A stretch of 64,000 nt of DNA, from the NCBI RefSeq assembly GCF_963921235.1, contig NC_086108.1, forward strand, positions 27,220,001 through 27,284,000. Reading direction: 5' to 3'. This DNA comes from Mobula hypostoma (taxonomy: Eukaryota). A program made the position numbers and the translations under genes. How positions within the stretch are numbered: the first letter of the stretch is position 1; every line of letters begins with the position of its first letter. This document shows, in pieces, positions 12,713-25,944 of this stretch. The notes below the pieces were generated by a model. It was not told the origin of the DNA, did no database searches, and was given only the letters and a program-made list of their open reading frames with translations.

Positions 12713-13428
12713 GTTAGAGTGCACTTATGTATTCACCTTGGCAATGCTAAAGTAGATGGTTGTGCCTTTAAGTGAAAACGGTGATGTCATTTTGCTCGTG
12801 TGGAGTAGAACGAAGAGTTGCCACGTCCTAGACAGAATGAGTCAGAATTGAGTGTTTTTCCCAGGTTTGGTGAGGAAAAGTGAATAAAATTTAATAATAT
12901 CCATGTAATTTCATTTTATACTTGTTTGTAAAACTGGAATATCAGTAATTTGACATGTTTTACATGTGGATGCTATAGACTTTCACAAGTAAATTGATTA
13001 GTGCTGGATTGCATGATTGTGCAATTTTCCTTATCGGCCTAGTAGGTTAGCCATTTTTTAGTAATTTAATTTAAACTACAAAGCAATATTTTATAAAAGT
13101 TCTTATAGAAGGTTATTTTTTGTTTTTCTGAATATCAATGTAACAGAGTAATGTGAATGTGTTAATATCTGTTCACATAGAGTGAGTGAGGAGAACTCAT
13201 TTCAAAGTCTAGTCTATACACATTTAGAAGTTAAGCACATGTGTACCAAAGTGAGTACACTTCTTAGTTAAGATGAGAAGTAGTTATTCATATTTTTGAT
13301 GTTGTGCATAAGGTACAGGGTTGGTGGGATTCCAACATTGTTTGTATTGTTTTTTTTAAGAACTTCAACTACCGTATTGGTTCTATATATTTTGTCTTAA
13401 TTATTTTCATACTACATACGTAACAACA
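12713..13428 (+). repeat. Possible solo LTR
   Basis: TG...CA-like ends (tgttag...gtaacaaca), AT-rich; no TSD found. Confidence 0.3.
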
Positions 13429-13769
13429 GTGTGGTCCAAAATGAAGCTGAGATTGTCACAGCAGAAACTGCTCACCTTGTCTTTTTTATTTCGATACCCT
13501 CTTTCTGCAGACACACCCAGCCGTGAGATACCAGACAAGGTAATTTGGTTCCAGACAATTGGTTTATTGATCATTGCAGAATACCTTCCCGGTGTTCCCT
13601 GCTTCCTGCCCTCTCCTTTCCCTTTTACTAACCATGATTCCCTTTTCCCTGCCCTCTTCCCACTCTCATTTCACACTAGAGACCCATTTCAGAATCAGGT
13701 TTATTATCACTCATATACATTTGAAATTTGTTTTGTTTTTGCAGGAGCAGTACAGTGCAGCAGTGCAGT

Positions 13770-16090
13770 CCTGGCTAGGTTCCACCAGCATGTTGATTTT
13801 GTCACTAGAGGTGAAAGTACACCAAACCTGGTTTACACTAGCACACCAGGTGCCTATAAAGCAGTGCCCCGACCCCTCATTGGACTCTCAGATCACTTAT
13901 CTATAATGTTAATTCCAGCGTACAAACCGGTGATCAAATGGTCAAACCAGTTGTAAGGGTGGTGAAAACCTGGCCTCAGTGTGCAATCTCTGCACTGCAG
14001 GACTGCTTTGATGGTATAAACTGACGACTGTTCAGGGAGGCTGCTACCTACCTCAACCATGTTAACATCAAGGAATATGTGGATTCTGTGACCAGCTACA
14101 TACAGAAGTGTACCGAGGATGTTACCATCATGAAACACAACCAGGTGAGGGAAAATCAAAAGCCGTGGCTTACTGCAGAGGTCCGTGCCAGACTGAGGGA
14201 TCATGATGCTGCTTCTAAATCGGGAGATGCGACAGCTCTCAGGGAAGTGAGAACTGTGCTTTCCTGCTCCACCTGGAATGCAAACTGGGAGCATTCTCGG
14301 AGAATTTACCGCCAATTCTGTAATACCAGAAACACGAGGTGCATGTGGCAGGGAGTTCAGATGATTAGAAACTACAGTTCTACCCTACATGTCAGTGACC
14401 TGGGTGTTTCACTCCCTGAGCAGCTAAATGCTTGCTACACCCAGATTGATCTACAGAACATAGTTTTGCAGAGGAAGGCACCCTTCCCCCCCCAGGGGAG
14501 CAGACACTTCATCTGGCTGAAGCTGAGGTGAGAAAGGCCCTGAACAGAGTCAACCCATGCAAAACTGTGAGGCCTGATAATATAGCAGATTAGGTTCTGA
14601 AAGACTGAGCAGCCCAACTGACAGATATATTCAACACCTCTCTGGAATAATCCATTGTCCCCTCGGTTTTCAAGGTGGCAACCATCATTCCAGTGCCAAA
14701 GAAGGTAACAGTAACCTGCCTAAATGACTATCGTCTAGTGGCATTAACATCAACCATTATGAAATGTTTTAAGCGGCTAGTCATTAAAGCCTTTCTCCTG
14801 TTTAGATTGGACCTTTATCACTCAAATCAATCCACTGATGACACAATAGCCTCTGTCATATCCCACCTGGAAAATGGGGTCTCATAAGCCATTCTGCTAT
14901 TTACAGACTTCATTTCGGTGTTCAACACCATCATTCCCCTGAAATTAGTAGGGAAACTGTCCTCGCTGGGTCTCAGCGCCTCCCTCTGCAATTGAATACA
15001 GGACTTGTTAACAGTAAAGCCACAGTCAGTCCTTTAGGGCAGCAATGTCCTTTGTCCCATTATGCTGAGCACTGGTGCTCCCCAAGGCTGTGTGCTCTGA
15101 CACTGCTGTTCACACTGCTGGTGTATGACTGTGTCGCAGGTTCCAGCTCAAACCACGTCATCAGGTTTGTGGATGACACAACAGTAGTTGGCTTTATCAA
15201 GAACGATGACAAGATGGAGTATTGTGAGGGAGAGGGGTAGCTGCTGGATTGGTGTGAGAAGAACAACCTAAGCCTGAACATGGAGAAGACCAAGGAAATC
15301 ATTGTGGACTTCAGGAAGGTGCAGACAAACCATCCCCCTCTGGAATACATGGCTCCTCCATAGAGAGAGTTAAGTGCACCTGGTCCCTGGGAGTTCACAT
15401 CATGGATGACCTCACGTGGTCCCTTAATATCACCTCCCTGAACAAGAAGGCATAGCAGTGCTTCCACTTCCTCAGAAGACTGAGATAAGCAATGCTCCTA
15501 CCCACACCCTCCACCCTCCTCCATCTTAACTTCATTTTGTAGGAGCACCATTGAGAGCATACTGACAAGTTGAATCTCCATCTGGTATGGCAGAAGTCAA
15601 ACATCGGACCTGAAGTCCCTACAAAGGACTATGAGAGCAGCTGAGTGGATCATAGCGGTGTCCCTGCCATCCATTTGGGACATTTATCTGGATTGCTGCA
15701 TAGGCGGGGCTCTTAGTATAATTAAGGATCCCTCATATCCATCCAGCATCCTTTTTGACTTTCTACCATCAGGCAGGAGACTGTGATGCATAAAAACAAG
15801 AATGGTCAGGATGAGAAACAGTTTCTTTCCCCAGGCCAATAAGCTTCTGAACTCCCTGCCACATCGTCTTTGAAGTGTCACTGATTTACCTTACAATATT
15901 TAATATTAATGCACTTTAGTTTGTTATTTTTGTGTGATTTATCTATAGATTTTATCCTTACTTTCATTAAGTTATCGAGTGCTTATGTACTTTAAACTCT
16001 GGTATAAAGAATTGTCTCGTTTCTATATACATTATATACGTTATATACATGTATGTAGTTAAATGACGGTAAACTTCATTTGGTTTGACA
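13770..16090 (+). mobile_element. Rex1/Babar LINE, degenerate (end of endonuclease plus RT)
   Basis: 'HQHVDFVTRG', 'LSDHLSIMLIPAYK', '[18 protein letters not shown]', RT motif 'RFVDDTTVVG'; many stops and frameshifts. Confidence 0.9.
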
Positions 16091-16169
16091 ATACATAAAA
16101 TTACTACAGTACTGTGCAAAAGTCTTGTGTGCATATATATATATCTATATCTCAGACTTTTGCATAGTA

Positions 16170-16740
16170 GCAAGTGGGAGGAATTTAAAAGTAAGATAAG
16201 AAGAGTTCAGGACTAACATGTTCCTTTTGGAGTGAAGAGCAAAGCTGGCAGGATTAGGGAATGCTAACTGACAAGGGTTATTGAGGCTCTGGACAAGGAA
16301 AAGAAGGAGATATGTGTCAAGTTTAGACAGCTGGGATCAAAAAAAGTCCCATAAGGAGTATAAGGGATTAGAAGTACACATAAGAAGGAAAACCAGAGAG
16401 TAGAAAGGAGACGTGCAATATTCTTGGCAGATAAAGTAAAAGAGAATCCAAAGAGTTTTTGCTAAGTCTGTTAAGAACAAAATGGTAACTAGGGTAAGAA
16501 TCGAAGTGGTGATGTTTCTTAAATAAATAAATACTTTTCATCTATATTTTCTGTAAGTTGGTCATGAAAACTAAGGAGTTTGGGGAAGAGAACAATAACA
16601 TCTGGAAACATTTTATTATTACACTGGAAGTCTTGAAGCACATTAAAATGACAAATCCCAGGGATCTGACTGGGAGGTTGTGTTTATCCAGGGAAGAAAT
16701 TGTTGGGGCCCTGGGAGAGATTTTTGTATCATTGTTTGCA
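16170..16740 (+). mobile_element. Old CR1 ORF2 fragment
   Basis: 'gcagataaagtaaaagagaatccaaagag' (ADKVKENPK) and 'REEIVGALGEIFVS'. Confidence 0.6.
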
Positions 16741-17011
16741 TGTGTCTCTGATCCCACCATCTCCCGTGGCCGTGAGTTGCAGAAAACAACTATGGGCTGC
16801 GTGATCTCTCCTCTCACATCCCTTTTAATCTCCTTACTCTCACCTATTCCAATTTATTTTTGATGAACTTAACAATGGACAAAATATTTTGCTTAATCTA
16901 TCCTAACTATGCCTCTCATAGTTTACTATACCTGTGTTAGGTCTCCTTCAGACTATCCAATCCCACTTTAAAACTGAAGTCCTCTAATCCAGGTAGAATC
17001 CTCATGAAAAC

Positions 17012-19430
17012 AGGTCGGCACTGGATCTCAAGAGAGAGAATTTGTAGAATGCCTGCGAGTTGGCTTTTTAGAACAGCTTGTTGTTGAGCCCACTAGGGGA
17101 TCGGCTGTACTGGATTGGGTATTGTGTAATGAACCGGAGGTGATTAGAGAGATTGAGGTGAAGGAACCCTTAGGAGGCAGTGATCATAACATGATTGAGT
17201 TCACTGTGAAATTAGAAAAAGAGAAGCTGAAATCTAATGTGTCGGTGTTTCAGTGGAGTAAAGGAAATTACAGTGGCATGAGAGAGGAACTGGCCAAAGT
17301 TGACTGGAAAGGGACACTGGCGGGAAAGACGGCAGAGCAGCAGTGGCTGGAGTTTATGCGAGAAATGAGGAATGTGCAAGACAGGTATATTCCAAAAAAG
17401 AAGACATTTTCGAGTGGAAAAAGGATGCAACTGTGGTTGACAAGAGAAGTCAAAGCCAAAGTTAAAGCAAAGGAGAGGGCATACAAGGAAGCAAAAATTA
17501 GTGGGAAGACAGAGGATTGGGAAGTTTTTAAAACCTTACAAAAGGAAACCAAGAAGGTCATTAAGAGAGAAAAGATTAACTATGAAAGGAAACTAGCAAA
17601 TGATATCAAAGAGGATACTAAAAGCTTTTTCAAGTATATAAAGAGTAAAAGACAGGTGAGAGTAGATATAGGACCGATAGAAAATGATACTGGAGAAATT
17701 GTAATGGGAGATGAGGAGATGGCAGAGGAACTGAACATGTATTTTGTATCAGTCTTCACTGAGGAAGACAGCAGGATACCGGACACTCAAGGGTGGCAGG
17801 GAAGAGAAGTATGCACAGTCACAATTACGACAGAGAAAGTACTCAGGAAGCTGAATAGGCTAAAGGTCGATAAATCTCCTGGACCAGATGGAATGCACCC
17901 TCGTGTTCTGAAGGAAGTAACTGTGGAGATTGTGGAGGCATTAGCGATGATCTTTCAAAAGTCGATAGATTCTGGCATGGTTCCGGAAGACTGGAAGATT
18001 GCAAATGTCACTCCACTATTTAAGAAGGGGGCAAGGAAGCAAAAAGGAAATTATAGACCTGTTAGCTTGACGTCGGTGGTTGGGAAGTTGTTGGAGTCGA
18101 TTGTCAAGGATGAGGTTACAGAGTACCTGGAGGCATATGACAAGATAGGCAGAACTCAGCATGGATTCCTTAAAGGAAAATCCTGCCTGACAAACCTATT
18201 ACAATTTTTTGAGGAAATTACCAGTAGGCTAGACAAGGGAGATGCAGTGGATGTTGTATATTTGGATTTTGACAAGGTGCCACACATGAGGCTACTTAAC
18301 AAGATAAGAGCCCATGGAATTAAAGGAAAGTTACATACGTGGATAGAGCATTGGCTGATTGGCAGGAAACAGAGAGTGGGAATAAAGGGATCCTATTCTG
18401 GTTGGTATTCCACAGGGATCAGTGTTGGGGCCGCTTCTTCTAACATTGTACATCAACGATTTGGATTATGGAATAGATGGCTTTGTGGCTAAGTTTGCTG
18501 ATGATACGAAGATAGGTGGAGGGGCCGGTAGTGCTGAGGAAACGGAGAGTCTGCAGAGAGACTTGGATAGATTGGAAGAATGGGCAGAGAAGTGGCAAAT
18601 GAAGTACAATGTTGGAAAGTGTATGGTTATGCACTTTGGCAGAAAAAATAAATGGGCAGACTATTATTTAAATGGGGAAAGAATTCAAAGTTCTGAGATG
18701 CAACGGGACTTGGAAGTCCTTGTACAGGATTCCCTTAAAGTTAACCTCCAGGTTGAGTCAGTAGCGAAGAAGGCGAATGCAATGTTGGCATTGATTTCTA
18801 GAGGAATAGAGTATAGGAGCAGGGATGTGATGTTGAGGCTCTATAAGGCGCTGGTGAGACCTCACTTGGAGTACTGTGGGCAGTTTTGGTCTCCTTATTT
18901 AAGAAAGGATGTGCTGACGTTGGAGAGGATACAGAGAAGATTCACTAGAATGATTCTGGGAATGAGAGGGTTAACATATGAGGAACGTTTGTCTGCTCTT
19001 GGACTGTATTCCTTGGAGTTTAGAAGAATGAGGGGAGACCTCATAGAAGCATTTTGAATGTTAAAAGGCATGGACAGAGTGGATGTGGCAAAGTTGTTTC
19101 CCATGATGGGGGAGTCTAGTACGAGAGGGCATGACTTCAGGATTGAAGGGCGCCCTTTCAGAACAGAAATGTGAAGAAATATTTTTAGTCAGAGGGTAGT
19201 GAATCTATGGAATTTGTTGCCACGGGCAGCAGTGGAGGCCAAGTCATTGGGCGTATTTAAGGCAGAGATTGATAGGTATCTGAGTAGCCAGGGCATCAAA
19301 GGTTATGGTGAGAAGGCGGGGCAGTGGGACTAAATAGGATAAAATGGATCAGCTCATGATAAAATGGCGGAGCAGACTCGATGGGCCGAATGGCCTACTT
19401 CTGCTCCTTTGTCTTCTGGTCTTATGGTCT
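17012..19430 (+). mobile_element. 5'-truncated CR1 LINE
   Basis: ORF2 in two frames (17122-18492, 18422-19057) with 'KFADDTK'; 3' tail ...CTTATGGTCT; TSD AAAAC (17007-17011, 19431-19435). Confidence 0.95.
17122..19330 (+). pseudogene. CR1 ORF2 reverse transcriptase, frameshifted
   Basis: 'KSPGPDGMHPRVLKE', 'NYRPVSLTS', 'FADD'; small deletions near 18270 and 18405 and premature stops. Confidence 0.9.
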
Positions 19431-19519
19431 AAAACTGGTTTTGATGACTCCACCTCCAAGGGCTGAAGGCTCTTCCTTTGTGGCTGATTAATGACCGTAC
19501 ATTTAATACCCAACAAGTT

Positions 19520-19780
19520 AGAACAAAGATAGGAGAAATTTCTTTAGCTAGCGGGTGGTGAATCTGTGGAGTTCGTTGTCACAGGTGGCTGTGGTGGCAG
19601 GTTATTGTGTGTACTTAAGGCAGAGCTTGAACAGTTCTTGATGGGTCAGGACATGACAGGTTACAGGGAGAAGGCAGGAGAATGGCTTTGTGAGGAGAAT
19701 GGATAAGGCATGATGAAATGCCGAAGCAGACTCAATTAGCCGAATGGCCTAATTCTGTTCCTGTATCTTATGGCCTTATG
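19520..19780 (+). mobile_element. CR1 3' fragment
   Basis: Second diverged copy of the CR1 3' end ('gggtggtgaatctgtgg...gaatggcctaattctgttcct...cttatgg'). Confidence 0.8.
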
Positions 19781-21169
19781 CTTTTAAGTTGTTGGAGCTA
19801 GCCTTGCTAAAAGTGACTTGAGGAAAGTACTTACTTTCTGATAATTAGATTAGATTAGATTATGAGGACACGCAGTCCTCTTTTGTTATTTAGCAATAAT
19901 TAGATTGCTATTGGAGAGCTTTCCCTTTGGCTGGGCACTGTGATAGTAACATTTTTAATGAGAGACTTTGCAGACATATTAATTGTGGCCTTTAATAGTC
20001 AATAATGTGAAAATCATCATTATTGCCACAGAAAAGACGCATACATTATGCAGCATAATATTCCCAGCAGGTAAACCTCTTGTCAAACCACAGAGACCTT
20101 CTTTCCCACTACGGTGCGTCTAGGAAACAAACTGCTTAATGCACACAATTTATTGATTACTTATTATAATTCTGTGGTCTGCTAATCTCATAATTAAAAG
20201 CTTGAACATTGTACCTAACTTTAATATTCAGTTTTTAAATTGCTAATGATATTAATGAAGCTAGAACATTAGTATATAGGTCAGACCTTGATTCATTGGA
20301 TAACCTTTCACGGTTTTCTGATCCTTTCTTACATCTTAAAATCTGACTATTTAACTCTCTGTGGACTCCCAAATTAAGTTCCTCCAAAGCTACTATTCTC
20401 TCCACTCCAATATTTACTCTTTCATACTCTCTGACAGTACAGGTACATCTGTCAGCTTTGAAAAGTCATTCATCAAAATTGAAAGGGAGCATTAAGTTGA
20501 TGCAGGATAATTGAAAGAAGAAACGAGTGATAATTTGCATGCTAGTGAACGGAAAGCTGTTCACTCTGGAGGGAACTGAGAAAATAATTATTTAAACTGA
20601 AAGCAGGAACAAGTGAACCGAATTAATTTCAGCAATTTTCATCAGCATTCCAAGTCTTGTGTGTGCAGTTATGTGTAGTGAAAGAAAGCCAAGTGCAACA
20701 ATCTGTAAGACACAAATTAGTGGCTTTCTTCTGCATTGGTATGATGGATAGTATAATGGTGAAGCCGAAGACACCCACTTCCAGAGAGGTTACGTCCTGT
20801 TTTGACCCTAGAACAACAAACCGCATGACAGAAAAATCACTTCAGGCAACTTCAGTTTTACTCCACAATGCCAGTTGTAAATGTAAGATTGAATTTGTGT
20901 CACTTTTCAAATTGAAACAATTAACAATTAATTCAGTCTGCAAGCAGCAGACTAAAACTTGAAATTCTGAAGAAACCAAATTAAGATGGTTGTGTTTTTA
21001 TTACACTTGTAATCTGCAGTCAGTTACAATTGTTATCTTAATAAATCCATTGTAAGGTGGATAACTCCAGCATCCTGTGGCTCATTATTGACATTATCTT
21101 CATAAAGTCTGATTTACATGGTTCACTCATCCCTGTTTTCATCTCCCCTCTTTTTTGGACGTAAACCAT

Positions 21170-21510
21170 TGATCATAGAAAAATACAACACTGGTATAGA
21201 CCCTGAACTAATTAATCTAATGATATCTAATCCCTCTTCTAGCCTTCCATTCTTTGCACATGTGTGTGCCAATCTTAAAGCTGCTGATATGCAACTGTTT
21301 TATCAGTCTCCACTACCATACTGACAGCACATTTCAACAATCCACCAGTCTCTGTGTAAAAAATATCGGCTGCTCACATCTCCTTTGAACTTCCTCATTC
21401 TCATCTTAAATGCATATTCTCTAGTAGTAGGCATTTCAACTCTAGGAGAGAGGTTCTGCTCTCTATGTCTCTGATAATTCTATAAATTGGTGAACTTCTA
21501 TCAGATCTCC
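21170..21510 (-). mobile_element. Old CR1 3' fragment
   Basis: 'catagaaaaatacaacac' tail; 'ccaccagtctctgtgtaaaaaa' is the reverse complement of the FFTQRVV-type region. Confidence 0.55.
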
Positions 21511-22042
21511 TATATGCTGGAATCCAACTATTGTCATCATTGTTCCTGAGAGTTCATTGGCTGGCACTTGCAGAGAAATACCGAGAGTTCCATGTTAACA
21601 TTTATCACAGATGTGTCAGAATATTCAGGGCTTCTGCACGTATGTAGAGGTATCATCAACTTGCTGACTGAGCTCCCTTAGCAATTATTTTGGGTTGTGC
21701 TCCAACAGCAGGCCAGTGGCAGATTTCCAGAGTACAAACCTGCTCTGCAGTTATTGCTGGGGAATCCATGTATTGAAATGCTTCCAAGGTAAGCCTGAGT
21801 TAGGGAGAGCAAACCAATCCTAACTGGAGAAAAATAGCTGCAAAGAACAAATATAAAGTCCTTTACATGTTTTAGTTAATTAATTTGCTAGAAATGCTTT
21901 AACTTGGATGAAATTGCTTCGCTGTGATTTTAAGTTCTTTAATTTGTTTTTACTTATAATGGTTTTAATTGCTTTTTTGTTTTGAATGTTAATGAACATT
22001 CTCAATATGTAGAAGCTTTCAAGGTATTGATATACTTGACAT

Positions 22043-25000
22043 AAACACAAGGGATTCTGCAGATGCTGGAAATCCAAAGCAATACACACAAAATGCTGGT
22101 GGAGCTCAGCAGGTCAGGCAGCATCTATGGAAATGAACAGTCAACATTTCAAGCTGAGTCTCTTCACCAGGACTGGAAAGGAAGGAGCAAGACATTCAAT
22201 TTGATTGGGAGAAGTGCACAGATGCAGTAGTTCATCATCATGCAAGGCCACTGAGAAGATTTAAAAAGTGGGGAGTTCCTTTCAGTGAGAGATTCGATTG
22301 AGGGAAGTGCACAGACACAGTAGCTCATCATTGCACAAGGCTGCTAAGAAGGTTCCACGATAAAAGGGAGATACTGTCTAGCAGAGCGGTTATTGAAGAA
22401 GCAGTCATCAGGATAGCGTGAGTCAGAGTAGTAGAGCTTTGGCTCATCAGGGCTTCGGTGAGGACGAACCTAGATGAGGTAAAGAGGTAAGTTACTTTCA
22501 TATCTACATTTTCCTCTAATTTAAAAATAGTGGGTATGACTGCAAGGCCAGTTTTCTGCTCTGGGTGTTAGATGTGGGATTTCCAGGAGGCTTCTAGTGC
22601 ATTTCTCCCTGATGGCAACATCTGCACCAGGTGCATTGAGCTGCAGCTCCTTAGAGACTGAATTAGGGAACTGAGGCTTCACCTCAATGTCCTTTGGCTT
22701 GTTAGGGAAAGTAAGGAGGTGATCAATAGGAGCTACAGGCAAGTAGTCACCCTGGGGCCATAGGGGACAGATCAGCGGGTGATTGTCAGAAAAGGGAAGA
22801 GAGAGTGTCATAATAGTGGAGAATACCCCTGTGGTCATCCCCCTTAACAATAAGTACTCCATTTTGAGTACTGTTGTGGGGGGAGGGGGGGAATGACATG
22901 CCTGGGGAAGTAACAGTGGCCTTGCCTCTGGCACTGGTCTGATATTAGGAGGAACTTGGGAGCATAAATTGGGAGCAGATGTTCTTAAGGAAATGTGTCG
23001 CAGAAATGTGGCAAATGTTTAGGGAACATTTGCATGGAGTTCTGTATAGGTACTTTCCACTGAGGCAGGGAAAGGATGGTAGGGTGAAGGAACCCTGATG
23101 TACAAAGGATGTGGAAAATCTAGTTAAGAAAAGAAAAGCTCACGAAAGGTTCAAGAAACTAGGCACTGATAGAATTCTAGAACATTACAAGTTTGCCAGG
23201 AAAGAGTTTAAGAATGAAATTAAGAGACATAGAAGGGGCTATGAGAAGGCCTTGGCGAGCAAAATTAAGGAAAACCCCATGGCATTCTACAAGTATGTGA
23301 AGAGCAAGAAGATAAGCCAAGTGAGAATAGGACCAATCAGTTGTGAAAGTGCAAACGCTGCTTGGAATTGGAGGAGTTAGCGGAAACACTTTGCTTCAGT
23401 ATTCACCAGGGAATAAGACGTTGGACATTTTGGGGATGGACTGAAACGCTTGAGCATATATACATTAAGGAAGAGGATATGCTGAAGCTTTTGAAAAGCA
23501 TTAAGTTAGATAAGTTGCTGGGATCAGACAAACTATAACCCAGGCTAATATTATACGTGAGGAAGGAGGTTGCTGAGCCTCTGGCGATGATCTTGGCTTA
23601 TCAATAGGGACAGAAGAAGTATTAGAGGGTTGCAAATGTTGTTCCCTTGTTCAAGAAAAGGAGTAGAGATAACTCAGGAAATTATAGATCAGTGAGACTT
23701 ACTTCAGTGGTGGGCAAATTGGTTGAAGAAGATCCTGAGAGGCAGGATTTATGAGCATTTGGAGAGTCATAATCTGATTAGGGATAGTCAGCATGGCTTT
23801 GTAAAGGGTAGATTATGCCTTAAGAGACTGATTGATTTCTTTGAGGATGTAGCACATTGATGAAGGTAGAACAGTGGATGTAGTGTATATGGAGTTCAGT
23901 AAGGCATTTGATAAGGTTCCCTATGCAAGGCTCATTCAGAAAATATTGAGACATGGGATCCAAGGAGACCTTGCTTTGCTGATCCAAAATTGGTTTGCCC
24001 GCAAAGGCAAAGGGTGTTTGTAGATGCTTTGTATTCTGCATGGACGTTGGAGACCAGTGGTGTTCCACAGGGATCTATTCTGAGACCCCCCCGCCATTGT
24101 GATTTTTATAAATGAACTGGATGAAGAAGTAGCAGGAGGGTTAGTAAGTTTGCTGATGACACAAAGATTGGTGTGTTGTGGATAGTTTGGAGCGTTGTCA
24201 GAGTTTACAGTGGGACATTGATAGGAGCCAGAACTCGGCTGAGAAGTGGCAGATGGAGTTTAACCCAGATAAGTGTGAAATGTTTCATTTTGGTAGGTCA
24301 GATATGATGGCAGAATATAGTATTAATGGTAAGACTCTTAGCATTGTGGAGGATCAGAGGGATCTTAGGGTCCAAGTCCATAGGACACTCAAAGCTGCTG
24401 TGCAGGTTGATAGTGTTGTTAAGAAGGCATATGGTGTGTTGCCATTCACCAACCTTGAGATTTATTTCAAGAGCCGTGAGATAATTTTACAGCTACATAA
24501 GACCTTGCTCAGACCTCACTTGGAGTACTGTGTTTAGTTCTGGTCACCTCACTACAGGAAGGATGTGAATACTATACAGAGAGTGCAAGGAAATTTACAA
24601 GAATGTTGCCTGGATTGGAGACCATGCTTTATGAGAATAGGTTGAGTGAACTTGGCCTTTTCTCCTTGGAGCAACGGAGGATGAGAGGTGAACTGATAGA
24701 GATGTATGAGATGATGAGAGGCATTGATCGTGTGGATAGCCAGAGGCTTTTTCCCAGGTTAACATGACTGGTTTAGTTTTAAGGTGCTTGAAGGTAGGTA
24801 CAGAGAGGATGTATGGGGTCAGTTTTTCACAAAGAGAGTTGTGGATCAATAGAATGCACTGCCAGCAACGGTGGTGGAGGCAGATACAATAGAGTCTTAG
24901 ATTGGTACCTGGAGCTTAGAAAAATAGAGGGCTATGTGGTAGGGTAATTCTAGGCAGTTTCTAGGGAAGGTTACATGGTCGGCACAGTATTGTGGGCAGA

Positions 25001-25635
25001 GGAGCCTGTAATGTGCTGTAGATTTCTATGTTCTATGTTCTAAGACACCAGAATAAAAAGGTAGAGGGAAGGGAAGGAGGATAGCTCAAAGGTGATCAAA
25101 GCCAGGTGGATGGGGTAGGTAGGAGTCTGGACAGGAAGGAATCTGACAGGAGAGGAGAGTAGACCATAAGAGAAAGAGAAGGTGGAGGAGAAAAATGGGA
25201 GGTGATAGGCTGGTGAGAAGAAGTAAGAGGCCAGAGTGAGGAATAGAAAGGAGGGGAGGGAACATTCTTTTCACTGGAAGGAGAAATTAATATTCATGCC
25301 ATCAGATGGAGTTTATGCAAATGAAATATAAGGGAAAATATGCAGATGCTGGAAATCCAAGCAACACACACAACATTCTGGAGGAACTCAGCAGGCACTG
25401 GTGAAGTGTCTTGGCCCAAAATGTCGACTGTACTTTTTTTCCATCGATGCTGCCTGGCCTGCTGAGCTCCTCCAGCATTATGTGTGGGTTGCTTGGAACA
25501 TAAGGTGTGGCTCCTCCACACTGAAGGTGGCCTCATCATGGCAAAAGGGGAGGCCATGGACCAACATGTCAGAATGGGAATGGGAATTGGAATTAAAATG
25601 TTGGGCTATGGGCAAGTTCTGCTTTTGGTAGATGC
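22043..25635 (-). mobile_element. Old Penelope 3' fragment split by a CR1 insertion and a foldback insert
   Basis: Terminal repeat at 22043-22194 continues at 25042; 25275-25635 is homologous to the GIY-YIG C-terminus at 50000-50180. Confidence 0.75.
22195..25041 (+). mobile_element. CR1 LINE retaining both ends, with a large internal deletion
   Basis: TSD AAGACA (22189-22194, 25042-25047); duplicated 5'UTR monomer; ORF1 N-terminal Cys motifs near 22555-22635; jump to ORF2 near 22940; RT remnants; (TTCTATG)n tail. Confidence 0.85.
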
Positions 25636-25944
25636 AGCAGAAGCATTGGGTCTTTATCGATTGTCGCTGTTACCTTCAGCCACTTTGTGGGTTGGGCTTG
25701 TCCTAACCTTAGCCTGTACAAAGACTTGCTGCTGTGCAGGATCCTACCAGTTTGGATTAAGGCACAATATCCAACAATATATCTATATCTACTGTGAAAG
25801 GAAATTGATTGTTAGTGATCACGGTTCCTTCAAAAAGAATGTTAAATGTTACTTGTTTCAATAGGCTTATGATTTTCGAGAAAAATATTTTAGGTTTATT
25901 TGTTGTAATACATTTCTACATTGTTTAGGTTCTACTATGTTTAG

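Noticed and set aside
13429..13956. 175-aa ORF as a host gene
   Set aside because: Patchwork of unique sequence, repeat tails and a Rex1 endonuclease remnant; non-ATG start
20629..20826. Minus-strand terminal exon candidate
   Set aside because: An acceptor-like site exists but no frame gives a recognisable protein
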